Below are positions 45,993 to 56,869 of a stretch of DNA of 64,000 nt, piece after piece. The DNA is taken from the IMG/VR virus record IMGVR_UViG_3300032007_000067, positions 1-64,000 of that record; one strand, 5' to 3'. The position numbers were made by a program, and so were the translations under genes. The notes below the pieces were generated by a model. It had not been told where the DNA came from and made no database searches. It saw only the letters and a program-made list of their open reading frames with translations. Origin of the DNA: a virus (taxonomy: Duplodnaviria; Caudoviricetes). Each line of letters opens with the position of its first letter. The first letter of the stretch is position 1.

Positions 45993-48900
45993 TCACGCCG
46001 TTGTTACAATCTGTTTTACGGTTTTCGGATTATGCCGAATCGTATTGAGAATCGCCCTTTGTCCGTCAGGAGTATTCAGGTACGCTTTCAGCATATCAGG
46101 ATCTACCATGTTCACAATGCTTACGGAATTGCCTTGAGAACTTATCTGAGAACCGCCGGAACTGCTACCGCTACCCGCAGTCAATCCTTCTGCTCCTCTG
46201 TGCATCATTTCAAGGTTGTTAAGTCCGATCCGTCTCACATCGTCCTGAGTGAATACATACTCACCCTTATGAACCACGCCCGCGGGATCGTATTTTCCGC
46301 CGTTTCCGGTATAACCACCTTCTGCATAGGAACCGGACATAGCGGCGAGTGCCTTGTTCGTTCCCCATGAGGCGAGGATTGCGGCTTCACCCATTTCAGC
46401 GGCGGCCCCCATAGTTGCAGTTGCTACAAAGGTTGCGGCGGTTGCCCATTCTGCGGCGATTGCGGAGGCTGTTACGGCGTTGGTTGCAACCTCTTTTTCC
46501 TTTGCCGAATCTCCGATTATGGACATCATAAGCTGAGTTGCTGCCCACTGAATACCCATCTTCACGATTGCGCTGATAACGTTCGTCAGGATACTCTGAG
46601 CAACATTGTTCATGGTTTCTCTGAGATCTTCGCCCTTTACAATCGCACCGGCAATACCGTCTGCAAGTCCGTCTGCAAAGGTGGTAAGGGCATTTCCAAG
46701 CGTTTCGGTAATACTTTCTCCGAGACTTGTAAAGCCGTCAGTCAGTTTGCCGATTGCTTCAAGACCTCTCAAAGACCAATCATCCCACACGTTCGGATCA
46801 AGCCCCATACTGACAAGCATACCCTCGCCCTCGGAGGTTCTGCCGAACCCGCCGGAATAGGCATTGTATTTTGCAAGCTGGTCACGGAAAGAACTCATGT
46901 ACGCACCCTTAGACATCATACCGTTCCGGTATGCTCCTAGGGTTGCGACATTTTCAGCACGGATACTGTTATCAGCCGCCCAAAGCCGACCACCTTCACC
47001 CCATGCAATCTGCCCGTATTTCTTTGTAACCTGATCCTGCCATTCCCGTTCCCTTGCGGTTTTCATCAGATCTTCGAGTTCTTTTCCTTTTGGTGCTCTC
47101 AGTTTTTCTTCTTCAAACGCCTTTTTAAGTTCCTCAAACCTGTCAAGCACATTGTTTCCAAAGTCGGAAAGCAGATTCTTTTTCAGCCCTTTTTGGAACG
47201 CCTCTGCAAGTTCTTCCATCGGAGTTTTGAGTTCTTCGAGTTTTTTCTTGTAAATACTTGCGTCCATATTCAGGGCTTCATGTTGCTTTATAAGTTCCTC
47301 TAAAGCCTGTTTCTGATTGTTGTATTCCTCCATTGGTTTCTGAACTTCATCGGTAATCTGCTGTTTTACGGCAAGGATCTTTTCCATTTGCTGGCGCTGA
47401 TCCCACAATGCTTTGAGTTCAGCGTAATCCTGTTCTGTGAGTTTCACGCCTTTTTCAAGTGCCTGTTCTTTAATCTTTGCGACTTCTTCATACCATTTTT
47501 CCGCATCACGGCTGATACCGATAAGGTTCTTATTTCCGCCGGGAACGGATTCCTCAAAAGTTTTCAGGATCTTCTTCGGGTTGTAACTGTCATAAAGATT
47601 GCCGCCGAGACCGACCATGTTCAGCCAGTCAATTCTGAACTTTTCTTTCTGACTGCCACCACCGGAACCACCTTTTCTACCACCTGTACTACCCTTACCA
47701 TCTGCACTGCCTTTACCGCCCGCAGTTTTCAGATCGGGGTTGTGTTTATGAAGTTCTTCAAGATTTTTAGTGTGAAAAGTTGCATAACCCGTTTCTCCTC
47801 GTATGAGATCATAATCTTCTAATTTCACTGGTATTGATTTTGAAAAATCATTTTTAAAACCGTAAAAGATCTTGCCCATCGCATCGAGCCAATATTCGGT
47901 TTGCAGGATATACTTTTCATTTATTTTGGCATCATCTTTCACAAACTTATTAAGTTCATTCAGATGTTCTTCATCAGCGGTCTTTTGTGTTCTCAAAGCG
48001 GCGTTAGTCATTTCTGCAATCCCGCTGTCCTTGCCGGTAAGATCCGCTGTCAGTTCCGGCAACAATTTCGGCAGTTCGTCAACCCATGTGGTTTTATTGA
48101 TTTCGGCAAGATGATTGGCTTGCTCTATCAGCCCGGAAATCTCATGTTGCATCTTGTCATAACTCATGCCGAGTTCCAACATGGTTTTAGACGCTTTTTT
48201 GATTGTCTCATTAAACGTTATCAGTTTTTTTATGTCCATGCGAGAACTTTCCTGATCCTTGTAAGAATCGCTGATATTCTCCCATTTAACAGACTCAAAC
48301 CGGGTTGCGAGACGTTGTATTGCGTCAACTACTGCCGTATAATCCCGTGCCGTTGCAGTTCCGGCGGCAACTTTTTCCTGTAAGGTTGCATAAAGTCCGG
48401 TAGTGAGAGAATATGCCTCTCTGTCCTCTTTTGTTAAGACGCCCGCACCCGTACCCTTTTGCGTAACAACCGACATGGTATCACTGATTTTTGACAAAAA
48501 TTCTTTTCCGGCTCCGTTTAAAAACGCTTCCTGTTCTTTAAGCGTGTCCAGAACATCGGTTTTAAATACCTCAAAACCGTGAGAATCAAACACTTTTTCT
48601 CCGTAAGCGTCAATAGCATTTTGAGACGTTGCGGCGATAAAGTCCCGACTCTTAAATACCTCCTGAATTGCTTTCTTTAATTCCATTCCGGATTTCACGG
48701 TTTCAGATCTGCGGTTTGATGCAATTAAACCTTCTGCAACATCACCCACTGGTGTTGTAAGAGAATAACCGAAAAGCGATTCTGACGCTTTATTCACCCA
48801 CTTTATCGGTGCGGGCAAATAAGAAGAAATGGACTCATACCCCTCTTTTACTCTGTCCCGTACACCCTCGTCTTTTTTCTTTGACTGTTTTTCAAATTCT

Positions 48901-51800
48901 TCCTTGTTAATTATACCGGCCTTGTATTTCACATAAGCCGCCGCACTTTTGTCAATGTCTTTCAGATTGCCAAAATCAATACCGGAAATACCTTTCAGAA
49001 TTTCATAAAAATCCCGCCAGCCTTCGAGTTCACCGCCTTTGCCGAATTTTGCAATAGCGTCAGCATTACCCTTAATCGCCCGTTCGGTTTGTTCGGATAC
49101 CTCCGCCCATTTTGTCCACAGGTTCAGGATTTCATTCAGAACCATCAGACCGCTAATAACCGCCGTCAATTTACCCACTGCGCTCACCGCACCTATTACC
49201 GCCATTTTAGACGCATTAATAGCTGCTGTCTGGCCGTTTATAGCGGCGGCGGTTTGTTGTATGGCGAGAACTCTTTGTTTTTCAGCCGCTATTTCTCTTT
49301 GAATCTGTAATAATCTGCGAGATGCGGCATAGTCATTAGCCGCTAGTGCTTTTGTCAACGCCTGTTGTACCAAAACCCGATCAGCTTCAAGTTTTGTCAG
49401 TCTTGCTTCGACAATAGCCTGTTTGTTCATGATCGAGTTTGCCTGTGTCATAGCGGCGTTCATTCGCTGTTCTGATGCGGCTATCTGTTGCTGAACGGCA
49501 AGTTCTCCGGTCATAACAGAAACATAGCGTGAACGTGCGGCGGTAAGGCTTGTTTGCAGGGCAAGGGTTGTGTGCATGGCCGCACGATAAGCAATAATAC
49601 CGGCGGTAATTAACGCCATTTTACCACTGACATTGATAATACCCCGTCCCCATTTTTCCATCATTGTGGCAACAGAACCGATAATATCTCTGATATTTTC
49701 CAATGCCCCTTCTTCAGCAAAATGCCCGATAAACATTTCCCATGCGTTGTCAAGTTTTGCAAAAGCCTGAGTAATGGTCTCGGTGGTTCCTCCGAACTTT
49801 CTGTCCATCTCGCCTTTCATGTTCTTTAAAGCGTTCAGCAGAATGTCAATAGTCAGTTTTCCGGTTCTTGACCATTGCATAAGCTCTTTCTGTCCGGCCC
49901 CTACAACGCCCATAGCTTTTCCGGCTTCACGGGCTAATGCTCTCATAAGCACAGGTGAGTTTTCCATCACGGATCTGAACTCATCACCGTCTAACTTGCC
50001 CTTTGACAAAGCCTGCGACATCTGGAGCATTACGGATGCCGTTTCGCTTGCGGTTGCACCACCTACTGTCAGTGCTTTTGCAAGTGTGTTAGTCATATCC
50101 ACGGCCTCCTGTGCGGTAAAGCCGTATTTTTCGGTAGCAAGCTGAACTTTTAAGAACGTTGTGGAAAATGCGTCCATACTCGTTCTTGCGTCCTGAGCGG
50201 AACGATAAATCATATCCGTAACTTCAACGGCCTTTTCTTCGCTTTCGTAAAGTCCCCGAATCTTGTTTTTGACAACATTCAGACGGTCTAACTGTTCAGC
50301 CATGCCCTTAACGCCCTGAATGGTATTCTGAACAACATACACCATAGCGGCAACACGTCTTATATCCGAGATCGTGCTTTGCATGGATCTTGTGAGAAAG
50401 TTGAAACCTTCTCCCGCACGTCTTGCGGCGTTACCTAAATCACCCAAACCACGCCGTCCCGCACCGGTAGCACGATTAAGTCCGTTAATGGCATTGTTGC
50501 ATTGTCTGAGATAAGTCGCAAGTCTCATGATAGCGGGAATCAGTACGGTCAGATCTCGGATAAGTTGTTGCAAGTTGGTAAGTCTTGATAAGCCTTTTGC
50601 AAAAGCGTCAAACAACTGACGGAAGTTTGTTGTCATAGCGTTGGTTATCTGCAAACGTGAAAGCCTGTCAAGTTGGGTAACAAAAGACGTGAATCCACGG
50701 GTAACAGAACCAATTCCGCTTAACGCATTTCTCAAATTACCAATGGATGTTGCAAGTCTGTCCACACTTGGAAGCAACGGTGCGATACTTTGTGTGGTAC
50801 GTCTTAAAGTAGAACGCAAGTGAATTAAAGATGTTCCGAGTGCCTGCCAGTTGATATTCTGTATTCCTGAAAACCGGTTTAACGCACCTTCTAACACCCT
50901 GAGACTTTGTGCAAGCTGATTGATAGGATTGACATTGATCGCCCCCAAAGAACGAATAAGCAGATCCAGTGTTTGATAAAAACCGTGAGCGGATTGCGGG
51001 TTCATACCACGCATAGCGGTAATCAGTTGGTTGACACTCTGAGCAAAAGAGGAGATATGGCTAGTAGCGGGTATCCGTCTCACGGCGTTTGCAAGATTAA
51101 TAACCGCCTGTCCGAACTGAGACCAATTACTGACATTTACATATCGCAACTGTGCATCAAGACTTAACAAACCTTTAACCTCAGTAACAAAATAAGGAAT
51201 ATTTGTGTTTGATGGCAGTTTGCTCAACGATCTGCCGAGCATGTCAAGTCCACGAGCAAGCATGGAAAAATCGGTAGTGATCTTAACATTGCCTATTGAT
51301 TGCAGAAAACGGACAATCCCGTTCATTTCATTCTGATTAACTTTAATGTTGTTGAGATTGTTCATGGCGGTTATAAATTTGTCAAAACCGCTGGCATTAA
51401 AATTAAACTGAAAACCTGAGATACTTCCGAGAAAATCTTTAATCTTGTCAATATTGGTCTGAGACAGACCCTTTGCGGCGTTTGAAAGCTGAGTAAGTCC
51501 GGATGCAAGCGTACCTAAATTACGGATATTGCCCTGAATATTTGCAGTAAAATCAATCTTCGGCAGATCCGAAAATTTGTTTTTGATGGCGTCTTTGATC
51601 TGTCTTTTTACAGATGCAAGGCTGTTTGCAATCGCTTTTGTGTCAACGTCTGCGAGTTTAAATTGATAATTAAACTTAATTACATGATCTTCTTCAGTAA
51701 GAGACTTAATCTTTTGTTCAATACCGCTAAGGGCTTTTTCAACCTTTTTATCGCCATCAAGAGATATGTTAGTTTTGACATTGATATTTTCGTCTGCCAT
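45993..51800 (-). CDS. Tail tape measure protein
   Basis: 1935 aa, helical; tape-measure domain QMSQALSKG.L.GDEFRSVMEN.P; C-terminal YAEGGYTG.GGKY.PAGVVH.GEYV. Confidence 0.95.
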   Translation of the reverse strand: MADENINVKTNISLDGDKKVEKALSGIEQKIKSLTEEDHVIKFNYQFKLADVDTKAIANSLASVKRQIKDAIKNKFSDLPKIDFTANIQGNIRNLGTLASGLTQLSNAAKGLSQTNIDKIKDFLGSISGFQFNFNASGFDKFITAMNNLNNIKVNQNEMNGIVRFLQSIGNVKITTDFSMLARGLDMLGRSLSKLPSNTNIPYFVTEVKGLLSLDAQLRYVNVSNWSQFGQAVINLANAVRRIPATSHISSFAQSVNQLITAMRGMNPQSAHGFYQTLDLLIRSLGAINVNPINQLAQSLRVLEGALNRFSGIQNINWQALGTSLIHLRSTLRRTTQSIAPLLPSVDRLATSIGNLRNALSGIGSVTRGFTSFVTQLDRLSRLQITNAMTTNFRQLFDAFAKGLSRLTNLQQLIRDLTVLIPAIMRLATYLRQCNNAINGLNRATGAGRRGLGDLGNAARRAGEGFNFLTRSMQSTISDIRRVAAMVYVVQNTIQGVKGMAEQLDRLNVVKNKIRGLYESEEKAVEVTDMIYRSAQDARTSMDAFSTTFLKVQLATEKYGFTAQEAVDMTNTLAKALTVGGATASETASVMLQMSQALSKGKLDGDEFRSVMENSPVLMRALAREAGKAMGVVGAGQKELMQWSRTGKLTIDILLNALKNMKGEMDRKFGGTTETITQAFAKLDNAWEMFIGHFAEEGALENIRDIIGSVATMMEKWGRGIINVSGKMALITAGIIAYRAAMHTTLALQTSLTAARSRYVSVMTGELAVQQQIAASEQRMNAAMTQANSIMNKQAIVEARLTKLEADRVLVQQALTKALAANDYAASRRLLQIQREIAAEKQRVLAIQQTAAAINGQTAAINASKMAVIGAVSAVGKLTAVISGLMVLNEILNLWTKWAEVSEQTERAIKGNADAIAKFGKGGELEGWRDFYEILKGISGIDFGNLKDIDKSAAAYVKYKAGIINKEEFEKQSKKKDEGVRDRVKEGYESISSYLPAPIKWVNKASESLFGYSLTTPVGDVAEGLIASNRRSETVKSGMELKKAIQEVFKSRDFIAATSQNAIDAYGEKVFDSHGFEVFKTDVLDTLKEQEAFLNGAGKEFLSKISDTMSVVTQKGTGAGVLTKEDREAYSLTTGLYATLQEKVAAGTATARDYTAVVDAIQRLATRFESVKWENISDSYKDQESSRMDIKKLITFNETIKKASKTMLELGMSYDKMQHEISGLIEQANHLAEINKTTWVDELPKLLPELTADLTGKDSGIAEMTNAALRTQKTADEEHLNELNKFVKDDAKINEKYILQTEYWLDAMGKIFYGFKNDFSKSIPVKLEDYDLIRGETGYATFHTKNLEELHKHNPDLKTAGGKGSADGKGSTGGRKGGSGGGSQKEKFRIDWLNMVGLGGNLYDSYNPKKILKTFEESVPGGNKNLIGISRDAEKWYEEVAKIKEQALEKGVKLTEQDYAELKALWDQRQQMEKILAVKQQITDEVQKPMEEYNNQKQALEELIKQHEALNMDASIYKKKLEELKTPMEELAEAFQKGLKKNLLSDFGNNVLDRFEELKKAFEEEKLRAPKGKELEDLMKTAREREWQDQVTKKYGQIAWGEGGRLWAADNSIRAENVATLGAYRNGMMSKGAYMSSFRDQLAKYNAYSGGFGRTSEGEGMLVSMGLDPNVWDDWSLRGLEAIGKLTDGFTSLGESITETLGNALTTFADGLADGIAGAIVKGEDLRETMNNVAQSILTNVISAIVKMGIQWAATQLMMSIIGDSAKEKEVATNAVTASAIAAEWATAATFVATATMGAAAEMGEAAILASWGTNKALAAMSGSYAEGGYTGNGGKYDPAGVVHKGEYVFTQDDVRRIGLNNLEMMHRGAEGLTAGSGSSSGGSQISSQGNSVSIVNMVDPDMLKAYLNTPDGQRAILNTIRHNPKTVKQIVTTA

Positions 51801-51811
51801 TTTTCACCCCG

Positions 51812-52564
51812 TTACTTTATCCTTTTCAGCCCTGCATTAAACGAATCTCGGAATTTTCTTTGAACGTACTCATCCATGCTCTGTGAGTTAAGCGTTACCC
51901 CTGAATTGTATTTACCGAAATTGTTATCCACCATAAATCTTGTATAGTATCCCTGAAATTTCAGGCGTTTAATTTCAGTACCAAACGGGGCTACAAAAGC
52001 ATAGTTGCTAATATAAATAGTATAGCCGTTTTTGGACAGCGGTTGCAAGTCAGGATTAGACTGATTCGCCCTTTCTCGTGCGGTTGCCTCGGCTGTTGCA
52101 GAATGATACATAGAACTTCCGGTACTAGCCTGTGCAAGTGCTTTCAGATATCCTTTAGGGTTTTTGTAATACTTTCCGTGTATCTGATCGGCAGAATTTT
52201 TTGTAAGCGTAACATGCCATGAAAAAGCCGCATTACCGGTAGTCCCCCGTGTTTTGGCAATCAGATCCACGCAAATATCCACGGCGCATTTCAGCATTAA
52301 CGCCCGAAGTTGTTTTCTGAATGATCTGCTTCCTTTTCCGAAAAGACGGGAACCTATTTTGTCTCCGAATACACTGGAATTGTAAAATGCACCTCTTGAA
52401 GAACGCCCGCCCCGCAAAAGATTCAAAGCCTGATCAAGTCTTGCAATCTGCCTTGCAACTTTTTCTTCTCCGGTGGTGGTGAATCTTATGGCATACACAA
52501 TCCCCTGAGACTCACCTGTGTTAAGATCCTGTTTTACAGCCATATACACCTCATAAAAATACAA
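51812..52564 (-). CDS. Putative tail completion/neck protein
   Basis: Position in the tail operon; basic; GNAAFSW and IYISN patterns. Confidence 0.45.
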   Translation of the reverse strand: MYFYEVYMAVKQDLNTGESQGIVYAIRFTTTGEEKVARQIARLDQALNLLRGGRSSRGAFYNSSVFGDKIGSRLFGKGSRSFRKQLRALMLKCAVDICVDLIAKTRGTTGNAAFSWHVTLTKNSADQIHGKYYKNPKGYLKALAQASTGSSMYHSATAEATARERANQSNPDLQPLSKNGYTIYISNYAFVAPFGTEIKRLKFQGYYTRFMVDNNFGKYNSGVTLNSQSMDEYVQRKFRDSFNAGLKRIK

Positions 52565-52604
52565 ATATCCAAAAAATAAAAAGGGATCATCCGATCCCTT
52601 TTAT

Positions 52605-52928
52605 TTACTTGCGTTTCTTGCTTTCTGCCTTTTCCCGTTCTTTTTTTGCCTCATCAGCAACACGGGCAAGATAGTGATCGTCAAGTCCGGTGACAAAATA
52701 TATAAGATTGTCCTCGGTTTCGGGATCGCACCGGTAATGTCTTGAATATGTCAGAATACTTGTGAACGGTATTGCTGACGGAGAAAAACCGCTTGTACGA
52801 TCTCTTGCAAGATCCTTAAAAGCCTGAAAATAGAAAAACATTTCATGTTTAAGTTCCGGCGGCGGTTTACTGAGTTCTGTTTGTATTTTCTCGCTAACCT
52901 TGCGTCCGAACCTTTTTGCCATTTCCAC
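52605..52928 (-). CDS. Tail assembly chaperone, frameshift extension (gpT-like)
   Basis: FQAF.DL..DR..G..P..IPF..I..Y; in the -1 frame of the upstream chaperone with no intervening stop. Confidence 0.8.
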   Translation of the reverse strand: MEMAKRFGRKVSEKIQTELSKPPPELKHEMFFYFQAFKDLARDRTSGFSPSAIPFTSILTYSRHYRCDPETEDNLIYFVTGLDDHYLARVADEAKKEREKAESKKRK

Positions 52929-52990
52929 GGCTCTTATAAGATCCTGTCTTTTCTGACTCCCGCTGTCATAGCAGTAATCAAAAAACGCAA

Positions 52991-53488
52991 TCAGTTTTTT
53001 AAGGCGTTCTCACGGTTTCCGATCAGGAAATTGCTCACATCGGAACTCTGCTTCATAAGCCACTGAGCGACCTCAATGAAATCCGGATCACACAAAAGTT
53101 CTTCTGCGGCGTTCTTGCTGAACGGAACCTCTTTACATACCGGAATCCCGTTTTCATCGCAGATATAAGCACCGGTCTTTTCATCAACCTCGGCAGGTTC
53201 CTTGATATTACGCCAATCCACAAGAAAGTGGTTTATATACGCCTTGAACAAACGCCTGTTTGCATCAACAAACTGAGCGGCGTCCGGAGTATCAGCCTTT
53301 GCAAGTTTCTGCAACTGAGCAAGGATCGGAGTGATCTGCGCCTGATAAGCACGTTCGTACACGGTAATACGCTTAACCTTAAATTCCGGCTTGGTTCCAT
53401 CATCATTGACCGCATCTTCAAAAGTTACCCAAACGCCGGACGCTTCGGAGTTTTTGTTGGTCTTGTATTTGCTTAAAAGTCCACCCAT
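52991..53488 (-). CDS. Tail assembly chaperone (gpG-like)
   Basis: KYKTNK..E..GVW, LVDW.NI, VPFSK.AA.ELL; between the tail tube and tape measure genes. Confidence 0.85.
   Translation of the reverse strand: MGGLLSKYKTNKNSEASGVWVTFEDAVNDDGTKPEFKVKRITVYERAYQAQITPILAQLQKLAKADTPDAAQFVDANRRLFKAYINHFLVDWRNIKEPAEVDEKTGAYICDENGIPVCKEVPFSKNAAEELLCDPDFIEVAQWLMKQSSDVSNFLIGNRENALKN
52994..53000 (-). other. Programmed -1 ribosomal frameshift site A-AAA-AAC
   Basis: TTA AAA AAC TGA; the -1 frame reads KLIAFFDYCYDSGSQKRQDLIRAVEM into ORF 52605-52928. Confidence 0.85.
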
Positions 53489-53623
53489 TTTTTATTCCTT
53501 TATTTTACAAAATTAAGGGAGATAACACAAACACAATCATTATAACACATTTCATTTTTATTTGAACAAATAATAAAAAAAGGGGCATTTCTACCCCTTA
53601 CTCTTTTTTTTATTTATACAGCT

Positions 53624-55147
53624 TTATCCGAGAATATTGTGGTTAGTGGCCATAGCAACATCCGGCAGATAACGGAAGTTCTGGAAAGCAAAGGTATAGC
53701 CGTACTTAGACTTAGCACCGTTTGCAGTCAGATCCATGGTGATAGGTTCTCCTTCAGATACGCTAGGAATACTAGATCCCATACCCATCATCGGAATATC
53801 GAATATAATTCCTTCATTGTTGCGGCTCATAATTACCTGCATACCAACGTCAACATTGTTCTGCATGGCGGTTATAGCTTCAACGTCTGAAAAATAAACT
53901 GAGGGACTTGCCGTACAATCGAATTTGCCCACAGCCACATCAAACGCCCCCAAAACTCCAACAGCCTTCTGAGGAGAGGTGTTGTTGTTGATTGAGATAT
54001 TACCGGAACTCATGTAGGCAAACAAAGGATCGGGCTTGGTGGTTTCAGCGTCAGCGTCAACGATTGACAGACAGGCAAGGTACACTTCATTAGCGTTGTT
54101 GTAACCCTTTTCGTCCCACGGTTCCAAACGGGTTCCGGTGGCGAGAGTGCCCTTCTTTGTGTAGAACCGGCAACCGGTAAAGGTGTACTGGATCTTGGAA
54201 AGAGCGGAGTTTTCAACGGTAATGGTCATTTCAGAAGGAACACATCCGGACACATAAGAAGCCTGCGGAGTAGTCTGTTCCTGATCGGCGTAACCAAGAC
54301 GTTCCTCAATGGTGTAGGTGGTGCGCTTGATCTTGTCAATATCCTTTTCGTTGTGAATGGTGATACCCCAGTAAATATCAACGGTAGTAGCGGCTTCGGC
54401 GGTCAGGGCGGTGCTATTGGTAGTAAAATCAAGCACGAGACCATCTTCCTCGATCTTACCGACACGGGCAAAGAAAGTACCGTTATCGGAGAACTTATTG
54501 CTATCCCCGCCGACAAAGATCCACTGACCGGGTTCAAGACCGAGTTCATCAGCGTCGGTGAAATTCAGTTTAACGTTTCCAACTACAGAAATGCTTGCGG
54601 AAACTTCACAACCGACAACTTCAAGCCAGCCGTTACCCACATCTTCAGCGGTAACACCACTTGCGGAAATTACACCGGAATCAATGGCAGTAACCTTTTT
54701 CACACCGTTATTACCGGCGGTTTCAAAACCGGAAGCCTTGACAAGAGAACCTACTTTCAGACCGGTAACAGCGTAAGAGGTGTTGCCGAGAGTGTAAGTT
54801 CCCGAACCGGCGGTAACAGTAGTGCCGGTAGTGTTCATAGGCTTGGTAGTCCACGGTTCATGAGCCTGAGCAAAGCAAAAACCCTGCATAAGTTCATTAG
54901 CGTTGTTCTGAGAAAGTTCCTGAGTGAAATCAGCACTTGCAGAAAGATCGGTGATAGCACCACGATTGTTCTGACGATCAGGCCGGATAATGGTGCGGGA
55001 TGTCTGAGTGGTTTCGCCGCCCACATCACCGATCTCAGAAGGTTCAAGCTGTTGCCATACCGGAGTAACAGGCAGAGTATTCAGGCTTGCTTCCTTTGCC
55101 ATGTAAAGACCCACGGAAGCGGAGTCAATTTTAAGTGTCTTAGTCAT
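53624..55147 (-). CDS. Major tail (tube) protein
   Basis: IDS..VGL..A.E.S...LP..PVW..LEP; Q..RG.ITDL.A..DF; upstream of the chaperones, with its own promoter. Confidence 0.88.
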   Translation of the reverse strand: MTKTLKIDSASVGLYMAKEASLNTLPVTPVWQQLEPSEIGDVGGETTQTSRTIIRPDRQNNRGAITDLSASADFTQELSQNNANELMQGFCFAQAHEPWTTKPMNTTGTTVTAGSGTYTLGNTSYAVTGLKVGSLVKASGFETAGNNGVKKVTAIDSGVISASGVTAEDVGNGWLEVVGCEVSASISVVGNVKLNFTDADELGLEPGQWIFVGGDSNKFSDNGTFFARVGKIEEDGLVLDFTTNSTALTAEAATTVDIYWGITIHNEKDIDKIKRTTYTIEERLGYADQEQTTPQASYVSGCVPSEMTITVENSALSKIQYTFTGCRFYTKKGTLATGTRLEPWDEKGYNNANEVYLACLSIVDADAETTKPDPLFAYMSSGNISINNNTSPQKAVGVLGAFDVAVGKFDCTASPSVYFSDVEAITAMQNNVDVGMQVIMSRNNEGIIFDIPMMGMGSSIPSVSEGEPITMDLTANGAKSKYGYTFAFQNFRYLPDVAMATNHNILG

Positions 55148-55191
55148 TTCAATGTCCTTTAGCTAAAAGAGGGAAAAAGAAAACAAAGCGT

Positions 55192-55220
55192 ATTATACAT
55201 CAGAATATTTTTTGTTGCAA
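55192..55220 (-). promoter_or_regulatory. Sigma70 promoter of the major tail gene
   Basis: TTGCAA-17 nt-TATAAT. Confidence 0.75.
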
Positions 55221-55269
55221 AACAGGCTAAATAAACCATGTGTAGCCTGAAAAATCATCAGTTGAAACA

Positions 55270-55707
55270 TCAGAAAATATAATCATAATCAAACCTCATT
55301 TTCACGATTATTCTGAAAAAATCCCGATAACGCTCATCATCTTCGGTAAAAGAAAAATCTGAAAAATTTATCTGACAGTCTGCGGGCGGTCTCCGGAACA
55401 CATTCATAGTCCCCTGTGCAAGATCGTATGCAAGATCCATAGCGGTATTTGACGGAACATAAATACTCACGGTTACATACCCTGTCTGCCGGAATCTCCG
55501 CCGTCCTTCGGTTCCTGTCAGTGTAGCCTGATCCGCCATGACGTGAATGACATTGAGTTCGGCATACGGAACCTGATCATTCGGTGTTTTCATAGCCACG
55601 TTGTCATAACCGCATTTGTATTTAAGTTGCTGTCCCCAGTAGTTATTGAACAATGTTTTGATATAGTTTACGGCATCTTTTGTATTCATATTACCTTCCC
55701 AAACCAT
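55270..55707 (-). CDS. Tail terminator-like protein
   Basis: ..DN..., R.RQ.G.V.VSIYVP.N.; position before the tube gene. Confidence 0.65.
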   Translation of the reverse strand: MVWEGNMNTKDAVNYIKTLFNNYWGQQLKYKCGYDNVAMKTPNDQVPYAELNVIHVMADQATLTGTEGRRRFRQTGYVTVSIYVPSNTAMDLAYDLAQGTMNVFRRPPADCQINFSDFSFTEDDERYRDFFRIIVKMRFDYDYIF

Positions 55708-56143
55708 ACGAGAACAATATCACCTTTTCAGCCGGTTTCATGGTATCGGAGAAATACACCTTGTATCTTACCGTATTCTGCCCGCTCACGTCCTTTGCGA
55801 GAATATGTGTAGCCTCAGATAAATCAACAATCGCTCCGTTTTCATCATAAACCGGCAAAACAAAGCATGACAGTTTATCGGTCAGCATGTCCTTGTCAAA
55901 GGTACTGTGAAAGCCGAAACGGGTTCCCTGAAAGTAAATACCCCGTACAGGCGGCATGATAACTCCGGTTGTTTTGTATGACTTAATCTTTTCCGGTTCT
56001 TCGGGATCGGGCGGAGTGATACGGAACGGCGCATCAGAATCCCCCGGATCAAGACCGAGAACAATTTCAACTTCGGTTCCGTATTTTGTAATCAGTTTTT
56101 TCGCCATGTTTACATATTTGACGTAATCTTCTTTCTGTGCCAT
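55691..56143 (-). CDS. Head closure/head-tail joining protein
   Basis: Y...A.KLI.KYG..V; position after the adaptor. Confidence 0.6.
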   Translation of the reverse strand: MAQKEDYVKYVNMAKKLITKYGTEVEIVLGLDPGDSDAPFRITPPDPEEPEKIKSYKTTGVIMPPVRGIYFQGTRFGFHSTFDKDMLTDKLSCFVLPVYDENGAIVDLSEATHILAKDVSGQNTVRYKVYFSDTMKPAEKVILFSYGLGR

Positions 56144-56195
56144 AGTCTCCGCCTTTGACGTATTCGGGAAATTGTTTTGTTCATATCAGACCCGT

Positions 56196-56774
56196 TTAAT
56201 TCCGGATACAGCGCATAACATTGGTCTGTTTCAGAAGTCTTGCAATAAGGCTGTCTGCAAGGGTGTAGGTTGCCCACAAAGAACCCTCGGCAGAACCCGG
56301 ATTAAAGTATTCGGTATCAGTCTGCAAGGTTCCCACCTGTTCTTTCTTGCGTTTGATACGATCTCCGGTTTCGGTGGTTTCATAATTGACCGCAAGGCTC
56401 ATTGTTTCCCCGTCAACGGCAATAGCATATTCACAGGCTGCCATTAGAAGCGGAGCGGGCATAATCGGAACGGTTGTTTTCTTACCGCTTATCGGATCAG
56501 TCTCAGTTCGTGTCCATTCGTCACGGGGGAATTCAAGTGTCTGATCAGCATAAAACTTATCTCCTTTAAACTGTCCGAACCACCTTGCATCAATATACTG
56601 AGTAGCAACGATTATTCTGCTTTGTTTTGCGGTTGTGGTCAGTTCTCCCCATGAGGTAATACCCCGATTTTCAAAATAAGCGTCAGCGTATTCCACGCTT
56701 ACATAGGCGTTAGCACCTGAAACGTCTGTTCCGTCCTCTACAATAAATTCAACAGTCATACCCGCTCCGTCCAC
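56196..56774 (-). CDS. Head-tail adaptor (DnaT-like family)
   Basis: VEDGT.V.GAN.YVSV..AD.YF, ATQYID, Q.LEFPR, A.CEYA. Confidence 0.8.
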   Translation of the reverse strand: MDGAGMTVEFIVEDGTDVSGANAYVSVEYADAYFENRGITSWGELTTTAKQSRIIVATQYIDARWFGQFKGDKFYADQTLEFPRDEWTRTETDPISGKKTTVPIMPAPLLMAACEYAIAVDGETMSLAVNYETTETGDRIKRKKEQVGTLQTDTEYFNPGSAEGSLWATYTLADSLIARLLKQTNVMRCIRN

Positions 56775-56869
56775 TTGCCGTTTAATGTTATCACGTATAA
56801 AAACAAAAACTGCGAATAATTATACCATTACTCGCAGTTTATCTCAAAACGTTGCTAAGCTAAAACAGG

